Assembly (NCBI GenBank): GCA_046563655.1
Contig: CM102285.1
Location: forward strand, 3,720,001-3,784,000
DNA: 64,000 nt
DNA from: Yuukianura sp. NJ FZ-2021
Taxonomy: Eukaryota
Direction of reading: 5' to 3'
Part shown: piece after piece, positions 39,393-53,498 of the stretch
Numbering within the stretch: position 1 is the stretch's first letter
How the letters are laid out: each line of letters begins with the position of its first letter
Translations under genes and position numbers: made by a program
The notes under the pieces: generated by a model
Told to the model about the DNA's origin: nothing
Database searches by the model: none
The model's input: the letters and a program-made list of their open reading frames with translations, nothing else

Positions 39393-39966
39393 ACCAGCCT
39401 AAAAGACGCAACGTTACGCTGGAGATAGCCAAATTCTGTACCAACTTACTAAGCAATTCTCTGATTTTCTCATCCTCGTACTTCTTGCTAATTCAAAAAT
39501 TCAATTTAAAAAGCCTAACGCCACAAAATATATTAAGGTTTTCCAAGCTTAGCTCACCATGTAGTTATGTAAACATTATTTGACAGCAGGTCTTTCACCA
39601 TAATCTCACACGTAGAAGCACTGGCAACTCTTTGGTATTCCATTTTCAAGTTAAGGGCTTATAATAAATTTTACTGTGGGGGAATCCTTCAAACCTCGGC
39701 TTATCTGAGCTGTAGTTAACAATAATTTATTTGTTAAATGTAAAAAAAAATTAACCGTAGGTATAAAATCGAAGCCGGTCATTATTAACTCGAAAGCAAT
39801 ACGCGCGAACTTAGCAAGTTGGCAACAGCGGAACTCAACCTTAACTCAGCGTTAGGTTTTTTTTAAAGAGCCGGGTTTGGTTCCATTGGTAAAGCTAGGT
39901 TCAGTGTTACCAACGTGTGAAATTCGCGCTTATTGTTTTCGCGCTAATGACCTGTAAGTTTTAAAA

Positions 39967-42745
39967 TCACAATGTGCTAAACATTTTTCCAACTATTACA
40001 TTCCTAGATTTCCAATTAACACGTCGGATGCTTCCAGGAGTTACGGCCTTCCGTCTTAAACGTTTCTTCCCTATCAGCATGTGTAAATCCGACTCCAGAC
40101 ATGTCGTAGTTATGTACGGAACTATCTTCTCTCCGAATGCATCCATTAAAATCTCGTGAATCCTTTCCATCTGCTTCAGTGGCATTACTTCCGAATAATT
40201 TTTCATCAGCAGACGAAAAAATACCTAAACAAATTTTTAAAGTCTATTCTAGTATTTTCTTATGCTTTTGAAATATCAAATTTCGATTTATATATTTTCA
40301 CCAGCAATGTTTCTTCCAGCTCCGCAATAATTTTCAACTCCGAACTTGTCCCAGTTCCGTGCAAACATTTAGGTGATCCTGTGGCAGCCTTATGGTCGTT
40401 TTCTATAGGTGTTGGTGCTGAGACTGACTGGTCAATCTCCATCGGTTCCTCTTTCGAACTGCTTGAAGGAATTCGGGCGATGACCTCGGTATTTTGGTGA
40501 GATCTGACGTGTATCATTGCTTGAAGAAACTCCAACACTCGAGAATGCCAATCCAAATCCAGTATGAAGTGAATTCGAATATTTTCCAGAGCTATTGCAA
40601 TCGAGAGAGATAAGTTGAGCAAGGTAGTGTTCAAGTTTAGCGAATGTAAACAGGAATTGAGCACTGAATTTAGGGTAGCTGTGATGTATTCACTGATCCA
40701 AGTGGTTAAGCGCACTGAAAACTCCTTTCCGCCTTTCGTGATTAACTGAAATAGAAAAATGTAATGATTTTCTTCTTATCGTTTATGGAAACATTATAAA
40801 ATTATAATTATTAACTTCATTGTAACGCATTTACCAAAATCAGAACGTGGACAATTTTTTGGTGGAGATCACAAGGAGGAGGGAAGGACATCAGCTTTAC
40901 CAAAGTTGTCCAGGTTTTAGTCAGCTGAGAAATAAAAACAAAAGTCAGAGTTAATTCGTTACTCCAGTTCGCTATTCTTGCAAGGTTTGAGCTAAAGTCA
41001 TCTTATTGGATTGATTATGATTGTGATTAACTAACTGGCTGTGGCTGCAGTTCGAAAGTTACAAACTTACATAAATAGAATCAGTCTGAGCAGAGCATTG
41101 AAGTGTCGCTTCCATGAAAGAGAGAATTCGACGAAGCCCATGAACGTCACAATTTCCAAACTTCCTGTTGATGTAGTCATTGAAAAAATTTAGAATGATT
41201 CCAAGAACAGGAAAAGTGCCGTTAGAACGGACATCTTCCAGAAGCAAATTGAAGTCAGTAGACTGCTGCTGTGACTTGCTTGAAAGTTCCATTTTAGCCT
41301 GCGATGGATGACGTTTTGCCTGCTGACTCTCAACATCCGAGCACTGAACTGAAGGAGGGCAGTTATTGTCCGATGTTTCTTCGTTTTCGGTTGTAATGTC
41401 GGCATGGCAAGTATCGCTTGACGTCATCGTCGTAGATTCGTTGGAGTTACAGAAAAAAAAAGCTATAAAAACTTTCATGTAGTCGATCCATTCAATGCCA
41501 ACGACGACACAAGGGTGAAGGTCAGGATTTTCACCGCCGTTAGTTTCTTCTGAATCCAACACTTCTTCGTTCAAAACTAAAATCTTCTCCATCACTTTCT
41601 CCAGTTTTGATGCAAGTTTAGAGTGGCTACCGGAAACAAGGGCTTTTCGGTTCGGACTGCTTGTGACCGTGATTTCATTCCGAGTTTTCGATGTGCCCGT
41701 TCCAGATAATTCGCATTTCGTGGTATTCTTCTCGTCTTCATCTGAACGTACGAAATAAACCGAGTCCGCACTCGAGGAATCCAAGCAGTCTGGAACATCA
41801 TCTTTGTGTATCGCCGTGTGCATTGAAAGAGCGTCTCCTTTGCACTCATAATCAGTTTCAGCAGGATTTCCGTTTACGTCCTCGTCATTGACGCCTGTGA
41901 ACATAGCGGTGGGTAACTGATGATGACTGAGTGACAACGTTGACATCTTTCTTAATGGTGTAGGATTGTCACGCGAATGCTGCACTGTGGCTAGAAGATC
42001 TATTTGCCTTGTGTCTTCCAGGACTGATATTCCTTTACCAACGTGTTTGAAATCCGGCAAGGAACTCACGCCTTTATGACCAAAGCTTTCACTGCCGAGA
42101 AGTTTCTCAGCTGCAGAGAAATGGTCCACTGACAGTCCCTGAGATTGATCATGTTTCCGCAATTGGTTAGCAATCTAAGAAAAATTCAATAACTTAAAAA
42201 CCTCAGAGACATTGTAGTAGGTCAGGGAACGCAAGTAAGCCATTTTTTATCATTGCTGTGGCGGTTTTCCCCTTACCATGACCACTCGACGCAATTTGTT
42301 CATAGCTAAGTGGCCAAGGGCAGCAGCAGCATGGTAAGAAATATCGCATCCAACTCCCTGAGCCATGAGTCTTACTGATGTTGCTGGTAATCTGAAAAAT
42401 AGCGAAGATAATTTACTTAAATACTTCTGATTTCAATTCAGCAGAAGGTATTATTACTGGCTCAACTTGAACAAAATAAACTTACACAGCCGGAAAAAGA
42501 AGTTGGTCTGCTGACTTGGCTTCACTGGAAGCAGACCCAAGTGATGGCTCACTATCCTCCGACCATTCATTTTCATCATCGTTTGGATGCTCCGAACTAT
42601 CCGGACTACTTCCATCAGATTCCAAACTCTCTCCTCCTACTCCTTCGTCTTCGGAGCTGCTCTCGGATGCCGATCCGGCCGGGGTTTCAACAACCGAGTT
42701 TCCCAGTATCATTGGTTCATCTAGTTTTTCAGAATCTACTTCCAT
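39967..42745 (-). CDS. Uncharacterised multi-exon protein with acidic/Ser-rich disordered regions; 3' end uncertain
   Basis: Long ORFs 42482-42745, 41059-42162 and 40260-40715 on one strand, with plausible GT-AG junctions; no recognisable motif. Confidence 0.55.
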
Positions 42746-43273
42746 GGGACAGTGTCAAATTGAGACTCTCAATTTCTATCAATTGCGTACGCTCGCGCTC
42801 TAATAACCTGCTCAACGGCGCTCCATCATCTACATATTTAAAAAAAAACATGTCAAAAAATTAATTACTAAAGTATTTTCATGATCATCACAGAAAAAAT
42901 ATCTGTCTCGAGAATCCCCGAACTCTTACCTCAGGTCATGGTACGTTAGTTACCTAGACTCGCCAATTAATTGTCACTGCAAAGCACACACAGCAGCTGA
43001 CGACATGAAAAACAGCGGTGCCCTGTTACTCTAATCCTCTGAAAAATCCGAAACTTGCGAAAATCATTAAACATAATGCGATGCAAGTTGTTGTGCCTCT
43101 CATCTCAGCCTTACTTCATCCACATGTTTTTGTTTGGTTAGGGAGATGAGTTGAGTTGAGTTTAGGGGAGGGTGGTTTTGATTCTCATCTGGACAATTTT
43201 ATTTATTTCTTCGTTGATTGGTACCGGTACCGGTTATTATGTAATTAAGTCTCGATTGGTTTGATTGTAGTGT

Positions 43274-46200
43274 ATGAAGAGGTGTCAAGCTTCGATTAGA
43301 TTAGGGATACTTTTTGCAAAAAGTATACCTTCGGTGGTGGTAAGTACAGCTAATTAAGTGGGTTATTTGGTTATTGAGTAACTTTCCCCGTTGCCTGTGG
43401 TCCATTCACCTGTCCTGTCCAGCATCCACCTCCATATAAGTGCACAAATTGTCGATGCAGCGTGATTGAGTCAAGCTTGCGTGTAATCTTATCTAATTAA
43501 TTGTTCTCATATTCATTGCAGATTCCAGGAACTTTTGGATTCAGTACTGCAGAAGTTGGCGTCCTCGGTCATTCACATTCTAGCCGTTTCTTCTGTTCAG
43601 CGCAAACTCAAAATCGCCGGTGTTCAACTTTACGTCGCATCCATTCAATATCACTTGCTAACAATAAGCCAAAGATGGCTCTAAGTCTGAATGACCCGAA
43701 TTCCTTTTCGAACCCTGGTAAGCTTGAAGAATCAAACATTACACCTCGTCTCTTCAAGTGATGTTTCTAATTGCACTATTTTTTTTTGTCATATCTTGAA
43801 TTATAGAAAACATCCGAAGCGATACATTCCACCTCCACTGGACTGTTGATTTCTCTCACAAGAAGATTTCTGGATCGGTCACGCATCACTTAGTTCGAAC
43901 TAATCAGGATGCAGAAGAAGTGGTATGATAGAAAATTGACTTGAACAATGACGGAGTTGTTTACTTTGTAACTTCTCGGCACTTTTGTTCACCAAAACTA
44001 ACAGTACTTGAGGCAAGCCATTTTATAGTTTATGCTTACAAACCTAATTCTCTATTTCAGATATTTGACTCACGTGAACTGCATATCAAATCGGTGAAGT
44101 TACTGCACGATTCGTCACATTTGTCGTACACCTTGGGCGACAGTGTTCAAACATTTGGGCAGCCATTGAAAGTCAAACTACCAAAAGTGTAAGTGAATTT
44201 GAAGCAGTACTTCACACATATTGGCCCCATTAAGCCCATGTTACTTATACTACCCGAGTACAATGTTCAAAAACATTGGAAGTGATGTTGAGAATTTATT
44301 GCAAACGACTGTGCGCAGTACGCACGATGCTTGTACCTGAGTAGTGCGGATTTGAACCATAAAACCAAATATGGACAAACCCAATACACACTAAACTTCT
44401 ATTGTCATTAACAGAACGGACGCCAAAACTGCCATTGTCATTGAATACGAAACTACTGGGAAATGCTCGGCACTCCAATGGCTAAGCAAGGAGCAAACTG
44501 CTGGGAAGAATTTTCCTTACATGTTTAGTCAGTGTCAGGCTATACATGCAAGGTCGTTGTTTCCTTGCCAAGATACTCCGTCCGTGAAAGCTTCATATAC
44601 TGCCGACGTAAGCGAATTATGGATTTAATTTCTAGTCTGACCCTCTCACACTTCAATCGTTTTTTATATTTTTCAAATATACTTATAATAAATTAACCAT
44701 AATACTTATAATAAATTAACCATAACTATATATATAGGTTGTTGCCGACTCTGAATTGACTGTTTTGATGAGTGCCGTGCTTGGAACACATCCGGAATCG
44801 ATTGAATCCTTAGCTGAAGACATAGCTGTGGATGAGCATCAACTTCAACGGAAAGTTCACAAATTCGTGCAGAAGATTCCAATTCCTTCTTATCTGGTGG
44901 CAATTGTTGTCGGGAAACTCGAGAAGAAAGAAATTGGACCACGCACAAGAGTCTGGTCCGAACATAGCCTTGTGGAGGCTGCTGCTTTTGATTTCTCTGA
45001 AACGGAGCAAATGCTCCAGGCCGCTGAACAGCTGATGGGAGAGTAATGCCTAACGATTTAATTTTACGCTGAAGTTTTTACTGGACACTTGTATGAATTC
45101 TATTATTCGTTTCAGGTACGTTTGGGGAATCTACGATATTCTAGTTCTGCCACCCAGCTTTCCATTCGGTGGAATGGAGAATCCTTGTCTTACCTTTGCC
45201 ACACCAACGCTGTTGTCTGGCGACAAGTCTTTGGCGAACGTGATTGCTCATGAGATTGCACACAGTTGGACAGGAAATCTTGTTACCAATAAGACCTTTG
45301 AGGATTTTTGGCTCAATGAAGGCTTTACAGTGTACACTGAAAGAAGAATCTTAGGTCTTCTGCAAGGAGAGCAATTCCGGTAATTTTGAACAATTTACAC
45401 TTCTTTTGAATGCTAAGCTTTTGAATTTCTGTTTTGGTTTTAGACAATTCGAAGCAATTGGTGGCTGGAATGTTTTGAAAGAGACAATTGCGCAATTGGG
45501 TCATACGAATCCATTGACACGGCTTGTAACTGATCTTCGAGGAGTGGATCCCGATGATGCATTTTCTTCAGTACCATATGAGAAGGGATTTGCTTTCCTC
45601 TATTACCTAGAAACGCTAGTTGGTGGTCCAGGTACTTGCTACAACTATTAAGTTTGCTTTTTTTTTTACTGAAAGTAATAATTTTTATTGAAATTGGAAC
45701 CGTTTTTGTAGATGTGTTTCAAACATTCTTGAAGCAATACATTAGCGACCATAAGCTAAAATCCATCGACACGGCCTGTTTCAAGAACTACTTCATTGAC
45801 TATTTCGAAAAGGCTGGAAAGCTCGCACAGCTTGAGTCTATTGACTGGAACACTTGGCTTTACTCTCCAGGAATGCCCAAAATCACTCCAAAGTAATTCA
45901 ATACTTGATACTACGTGTCTAAACTAAGCTTTTGTTATTATTTCGTTTGAGACGCTGCAATCTTTCTTTTGAAAAGATACGACACATCGCTCTATGATGC
46001 TTGCTCTTCATTGAAGTCTCGATGGGTTGCCTGGAACGTAGGAGAACCATGTCCGTTCAGCAAAAAAGATTTGGACGACTTTCCCAAGTTATCGCAGCAG
46101 CTAGAACAATTTCTAACTGAAATTCTGGACGTCGAAGGCGGCATTGGGCTTGAGAAGGTGAAAGCAATGGAAACGGCTTATGAACTTTCGAAGGCCAAAA

Positions 46201-46525
46201 ATAACGAAATCAGATTCCGGTAGTTAATTAACTGTTCCAAATGCATACTTATTCTTTTTGTATTTCAAAAAAGATAATGTTGTTGATTATTGAAATTAGG
46301 TGGATTCGCATTTGTTTGAAAGCACAATGGATGGACCAGTTACCACTTGCTCTGGAATTTGTCACTGAACAAGGACGTATGAAGTACATTCGTCCAGTCT
46401 ATCGTGACTTGTATGCTTGGGAAGCAGTTCGCGAAAAGACAATTGAGACATTCAAGAAGAATCGTCCGAACATGATGTATGTATCAGCTTATACTGTCGC
46501 AAAAGACTTGAAACTTGAATGCTAA
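43274..46525 (+). CDS. LTA4H: Leukotriene A4 hydrolase / M1 aminopeptidase (conserved start at 43675, in-frame upstream start at 43274)
   Basis: [68 protein letters not shown]. Confidence 0.95.
44680..44725. repeat. 23-bp tandem duplication in an LTA4H intron
   Basis: ATACTTATAATAAATTAACCATA x2. Confidence 0.7.
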
Positions 46526-46790
46526 AAGCTCTCCACATGCTTAAAATTCGGCATTAAATAAACCCAAAGCTCTCTTGGTCATACTTTGTCAAACTAAAAA
46601 TTGGTCCCTTATTTCTCGAAACTTCAAAACTGAACTGAACACGGGATTCGACGACACAAAACAAAAACAAAAATTACGAATTGCTTCCTAATTTTGTATT
46701 TGTCCAATGTTTTCCACATTACTATTGTAGTCAAGATAGACATTCAATATCAGGTTTTTTTTTGAAAACGTCAAATGTTTCATGACATTT

Positions 46791-49154
46791 TTAGTATGGA
46801 AAGCATGCAATCCAGATAATTATTCCAGTCACTGGAAAAATGAGGAAGAACAATCTATCCAAAACCAATGCCAAGAACTTCCAGTCGTTTACATCAAACA
46901 TTGGCTCGATTCCAAAATGTCTTGGTTCAGACGCTTTCCCCGGCTTTCCGTTTTCAGTTTCCTTCAAAAAGTCAGGGTTCATCAGAAATGAGCTCGTAAA
47001 GTTTGACCTCAAAGGCTTACGGATCTGTTGAATTGTACATAATATGTTATAACTTATTGTTGGAATTTACATATTTGTAGAAGTTTCTATTTAGACAAGT
47101 AAATTCTTAGGTTAATTTTCTGTTTCTTACCCATTGCGGCATTCGTCCTAAAGAGTAGTAGAGCCATACAGTTAGGATATTCGCAAATATTGCCACCACC
47201 GCACCGCAAACACACGCATCACTTTCAAGTAATAAACTAAAAACCAATAATTTTGATGATAGAAATTTCTTGACAATGGAAATAAGCAAAAAAAAATTGC
47301 TTCACATTGAAAAAAAAGTCTGGTCGTCAAAAAATTTCAAAATTGTTCCAAATTTTTTTCAATGCTGTTCCGCCATTGCAATGTTACCAACCGCATGGGC
47401 AATTCAGATTAATATATGTAATATATAATATATGTAACTCTTAATTTCATGTAATTAACGAATGTTAGACTTAATTTTCAGTAAACTTACCCACAATGGA
47501 CCACCGCCATCTGTTGAACGTTGGATCAAATGCGGAAATTCGGCCAAATAGTACCAAATCGGAGACCAAGAGTAATACACACTCAGCATTCCTGTGGAAT
47601 CGAAAAGGTCAAACGTCAAACTGTGATTTTTATATGTAACATGCTTCTAAGTATTTTAAACTTGTAAATTGTGCAACAATTTACCTAATGTTAGTTTGTG
47701 ACAAGATGTTGGTGGAATGAGGAAGCTAAGGATTAGTGTCGACAAGATGAACAGATTCTGCTCCTTAGCGTCGTCAACAATGGCTTCTCCACGTCGCTTC
47801 AGATGAACCGTAAACGTAATGCTCACGTACGGTTCTTCACAGCATGTGTAGTACATGACGTGTCTCACGGCAGGAAACGCTGACAAACAATTCGAAAATT
47901 TACCAACAAAAATTGAAAAAATTTCAGTGTAAAAGTAAGAAATCTTCACCGATCAACTTCCAGTCAGGATTTGGAAGAAAGTTGTACATCTCCCCTGCGT
48001 TGTCTAGCAACTGCAAATCCATCTGCAAGTTTAGGTTATTTTTTGTTAGGTTAACAAATTCTTTCGGAAGTTTTTTTTTCAAGAACCTTATCCGCAACAT
48101 TTCAATTAACAATTAACAATTTCAATTCAGGTTATTGGGTAAGTTAGATTATAGTTACTCACTTTGTTACCAACGAAGCTCCAGCTCTCGAGCTTGATCG
48201 TACTGAAATTTAAAAATATTGGCAAACATAACAGAATAAGAATTGATAATGTTCAAGAAGTTGTACAATTTTGTTACTATAAAACTTTATACGTTTTTGG
48301 AATTTAATACTAATTGATAAAAACTGCCCTGGTTTTAGTAAATTTAGTCATTGGTGAAGTAGTTTAACTAGTTTGTGCATACAGCTTCGTGCTGAAACAT
48401 ACCAGTTTTGCTCATCGAATGGAAAATTGTGGTAACTTATTTCGCACGCCGTTTCATGAATTCCAGGGCAAACGAGCGTAACGTTTCCATCACTGCTAAT
48501 GACAGCGTTCGTCTGGAATTTTGGTTCAAACTCTTCCAGTACACTATTGTAAACGATAATGTCCGGAATCCATATCCTGTCTTGAGGTATTTGAATGTAC
48601 GTGACATTTTTATACTCAGCAGGATTCCAGGATAGACCAGGGTCATTCCATTTCTTTGAAGGTTGGTAATCCGAACAGGCAAAACATGAGGATATGTAAC
48701 AAAGAATTTAACTTTTGAAATTCAGAAATTTTTCAATATGTACCAACGTTCGCCACATGACTGATTTGAGTGTGTTTTGATTCTCGTCCTAAAATTTGTT
48801 CTTAAAGTACAAACGAAATACTCTGACTTTTTTCATTTCATTAAAACTATGATCGAATTACCAGTTTCAGAATTTGAAATATCGAAAGTCCAAATTTGAC
48901 TGTGACAGGTTCCGAAACATTGGACACGGGACGCACAATGTTGTCATATTTGCCAAGAAGATTCGACATTAGCCGCTTCTCTACTGAATTGCACTTACTG
49001 CCTTTAAAATCAAAATTCGGGCGTTTGTCGGATGTATTAGTATTTATTCATACAGGACCAAACAAAAAATTTTAACATTTTTTTTTGTATTACCTTGTAG
49101 GCTACTCAGAATAGTCAAAATACAGAAAAAGTAAATCCGTTTTTGAAATCCCAT
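46791..49154 (-). pseudogene. Divergent nicotinic acetylcholine receptor alpha-like subunit, frameshifted in the M2 and M3 exons
   Basis: Signal peptide; YDNIVRPV; WNP..WIPDI; Cys-loop CEISYHNFPFDEQNC; loop C YYTCCEEPY; M4 DWKFLALVLDRLF. Frame restoration needs removal of a GT unit (~47577-47582) and of a 5-nt duplication ACCGC (47198-47207). Confidence 0.7.
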
Positions 49155-50533
49155 TTTCGGAACTACAATTTTTACAAGGTTGGAACAATTTAATGAATGA
49201 TTCTAAAAAGTTACAAAGACAGCGACATTTAAAGCTTAAGCTAATTGATCTCAATTTAAGCCTGCGTTGAATAAGTACGATTCTCTCTAGCGAACCTTCA
49301 AAAAATTTAACAAAATTGACAATGAGCTAATTCAGTTGTGTTTATGTAGTGGCCATCAAGTAAAAGACAAAATTCATATGGCAGAATAGAGTAAACGACA
49401 TTTAATTGAAGTAAACTTAATTCGAATTTTATGAATTGTTCCAACAGTCCTTTAAAAATTTATTTGGAGGAGTCTCCTTGAAAGATAATTTTCAACAACA
49501 AAAACAAAAATGACGTTGGCTATGTCATGACCAACGTAATTTTTGAGTACATTTTAAGCATTATTCAGCGTTTCTTAGTATGTTTTTGGATCATAATTGT
49601 AAAACTAAACCACGTCTTTGGCCACCTATCATAACATTGACTCAGGGACATAATTAAGTTCTGAGTTAATGTTTCTAATGCTATGTTGTTGGATTACGAG
49701 AAAGATTGTGTTTTAACTTTTTTAATGGTACAAGTAAAGTAACTGCTAAATAAAAGTAATGCAAAGAATTTTCTGACAAATTGACTAGACTAGGGTAGGG
49801 AAAACGGAGATGGGGTGGTCATAAAGAGTTTTTATTTTTGTTAACGTGTGGACGCGGCTTATTGTTTATAGCTAGTTGCCTTGTCCGTCTGTCTACCCGT
49901 CGCCGATTCGCTTTTAAGCAACCACTAGTCTTTAAACCAACATGTTTTTAAAAATAAATTCCTCACGGCCAGGAAACAATAATAAACATTTTGACCGGAG
50001 GTATGCGCCCTGAACGTGATGGCCAAATCAACTTTTGTCAAGTCTGAAGTGGCTGCGTCCATCGTGTAGTTTTAGGATAGGGGCAAGAGGAGATGATGAG
50101 TTGGCTCGCGGGAGGTTTGAGTTGAGACGAGAGCGAGATAGGTAGGAGATTTATGTAGTTTTAGTTCTGGTTTTGGTGTTAGATGAGGGAGAAGAGATGT
50201 ACAGAGGATCAAATACTTAGTTATATTTTTCAGTTTCATATTATTTTCATCAGCTTATTAAATATATCTGATATATTTAACAGGTTGTGGCTGCGGCCCT
50301 ATTTTGATGAGACTAGCGGTGCGAGACGCTACACAATGGCAACCGTTCGTGAGACAACTATCAAAGGCCAGGGAGGTCATCAAAGGTCAAATGCGATTTG
50401 CCCCGAAATTGTTGTAAGAATTGAAAAAAATTGAAAGAATGACATTATTGCTTATTTTTATTAATAGTATTTGAATTGATGTTCTTTGATTTCAAAATGT
50501 TGAAATAATTGTGAGTTATCCAATCCTTAATAT

Positions 50534-50923
50534 TAGTGTTGGTGGATGCTTAAACGTCCAGTGGTTTAATTGCCACTTCCACTGGAAATCCACTGGAAAA
50601 ATGCACCCGAAATGGATGAAACTATTAGCGGATGGAAGAAATTAGGAATTTCGCGCGAAATTAAAAAAAAAATCAAATTTAAAATTACAAAATAATAGCG
50701 AAAAGAGTTTCTTTCGCCGTTTAAAATTATTTATTTATTTAAAAATCATACAAAAACGATATTTCCTTCGTTTGTGTACGGTAATTTGAATTGTTTATGC
50801 TTTCATAATTCAAACCTCGCGGGCAAAGCTCTGCCCCTTTGGATTTATTTATTTCGTCCATTTCTTCCACTGGATATCCAGCCGTGGAAGGAATGCCGAA
50901 AAAGTGGATATTCACCAACACTG
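50534..50923. mobile_element. hAT-type MITE
   Basis: Termini TAGTGTTGGTGGAT / ATATTCACCAACACTG; perfect 8-bp TSD CTTAATAT; a second copy lies inverted at 59860-60257. Confidence 0.85.
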
Positions 50924-51230
50924 CTTAATATCATGCAGCTGAGTTTGTTCTCATCACTTCCGATACTTTGTTACACCCGTTTTAGGTATAACGCTGTATA
51001 TTGGATGGAATTTTACAAAATGATGGGATGGGAGGTACACATGGAAATCTCTAGAAAGATAGAAAGAAGACAGGAAAGACGACTTCTGTAATTCATGATT
51101 TTGTAAATTTTTTTTTGCAAAAATTGCTTCCAGATTGGGAATTGGAAGGACGCTTTGCCTAAACGCAGTAAACCATTCAGGGTTTGACTTTTTGAAAACC
51201 ATTTCAGTTGTACATTTGATATTGCGTAAA

Positions 51231-52845
51231 ATGAGTCTAAACACGGAACATTATGCTGCCGGTAAGTTTCGCTATTTGTTCCTACCTAATTGGTAATTGG
51301 CTGAATAAGCCTTGATTGGATATATGTGTTGCGGAAATTTACGAAAGAAATAATAAGCCAGGACAAAATTAGATATAGTAAATGTAAACTATTTTTTTAA
51401 TTTAATTGAAGCTAACTTAAATTTCAGGGTCGAAATTCCCACCACTGCAAAAAGACAAGGTCAGGATTTATAGCATGCGGTTTTGCCCTTACGTTGAACG
51501 AGTTCATCTTGTGGCAGTAGCGAAGAACGTTCCGTAAGTTTGAACAAAAGTCATATTATACATAACATAATTATAATCATACATGCCACAATATCATACA
51601 AACATATTCATACAAAATTATCACTTAACTATAGTTAATCTTGACCATATGTGTTACATTCATTACAGGTACGAAATTATCAATTGTAATTTGAAGGACA
51701 AACCGGAATGGCTCTTCGAAAAAAATTCGGGTGGAAAAGTTCCTACAGTTGAAATTTCCAGTGAAGACGGAACTAGCAAAATCCTCAATGAAAGTCTCAT
51801 AATTGCTGATTACTTCAATGAGGCATACACCGATTTACCATCACTTGTTTCCAAAGATGCTTTTCAAAGGGCCAGAGATAGAGTGTTGATGGAAGGATTT
51901 TGCAAGGTACAAAAATGTATTCCAATCCAGAAAACAAAGCAAACCAAACCTGAATCAGTTGAGGTTTAGTTTGTTCACGAAACTTTTTTTTTAATTTCAG
52001 GTTGTCGGCCTGTACTTCAAAGCTGCTTATATGACTGTTGACGACGGAAGTTTGGATGGAGCTTTGCATGACTTGCGCCAAGAACTTGGTGTGTGGGATA
52101 AGGAACTTCAAAGTCGTGGAACCATTTTCTTCGGAGGTTAAGTTTTTAATCCGTTTTCAGTACTGCAAATAACATTAATTTTTCGTAGAACTGTAAAAAC
52201 CTACAGTACAGGTTGTATTACCGCAGATCGTCTGTTCTTTTCACCAAAATCAATGATATTTTGCATTGTGTAGCAAAAAATGTAATTGCGTTGGTACTGG
52301 ATAATACAGTAATGAAAATAAGCAAAGCAAAGCAAATAAGCAAATAAGAATCTAATCCGTTTGAATTACGAATCTGACCATCAAGACTGAAAGTTTAAAA
52401 AAAAAACTGCAATAATAGAGCAATTAGCTGACAACTTTTGTGCAAATTTTGAATAAATTTTTTCATAAATTAAGATTAACGCTAAAAATTAATTATTTGA
52501 TTGCGCTGCAGGTCCATCAGTGGGAATGCTTGACTACGCAATTTGGCCATGGTTTGAACGTCTCCCAGTTCTCCACAAACTTTACGGGAACAAGTTTCCT
52601 CTGGATGACATTCTTAAGGAAAACGCTACTCTTGTGAGTATAATTATCCTTGAAGTACGGAAATTTTTCAATTAGTTTCAGCTCTTGATGAATTTCTTTC
52701 TGATTAGGCAAACTGGATTACCGAAATGAAGATCGATCCAACGGTGACGAAAGTTAGCATTCCGACAGAGATTCATTACAAGTACATCTTGAGTTCGAGG
52801 AGCGGAGCACAAGACTATACGTTACTCGATGGAGTGTCTGGCTAG
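51231..52845 (+). CDS. Omega-class glutathione S-transferase (GSTO/pyrimidodiazepine-synthase-like)
   Basis: RIYSMRFCPYVERV; KPEWLFEKNSGGKVP; NESLIIADY; FFGG; MLDYAIWPWFERL; stop at 52845. Confidence 0.92.
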
Positions 52846-53498
52846 TCAGAGCGATGTTGCACGCAAAAAGAGACATTAATCAGTTAATAAATTGAGATTA
52901 TTAAACGTTTCGTATCGTACATGCTTATTTAGTATATTTGGTAGATTACTTTAAGTCATGTTCAGCAGTATTTGTGCAGCAGTAATGTTTTATTTGAGTC
53001 CAAGCAAACTCAAATTCAAGATTTGTTTTCGCAAGTTGAACGCCGTTTCCAGAAATAAAGGTTTTAATAAGCCTGAGCTTAGTTATATATAGCAATAATT
53101 TCCTAGAAAAATGCAACCCAAAAAATTTTAAGAGCTAAAAAAAAAATTTCAAAAAATGAAAAACTGTTTGGCTTTTTTCGACGTGGAGCAAAAGTCCAAA
53201 CATTTTGAACTCTCGGTCTATTTTCTACCCTTTTTTGGTTCCTTGTTATTGTAAATCAACATCGTTGTACAACCTTTTCAACTGCTTATTTATAAACTTT
53301 CACAATTTTAGCTTTTGAACCTCAAAAAACTTCAATCCAAAAGTAGAACAAAGTTAAAAAGGATTGGGTTTTCATTTCGAATTTTAACATTGCAGCAAGA
53401 AGACGTTTTCTAAAATATCCTCTTAAACACAATTTGAAAGTTAAGTTTTCGACCGAAAGAAGCTTTTACACTGTGGTGCTTCGCCTAATTTCGTCATA

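Noticed and set aside
44282-44340. GTGATGT...CTGA in the longest LTA4H intron, resembling a C/D snoRNA
   Set aside because: Imperfect C box, no terminal stem and no rRNA complementarity that I could recognise.
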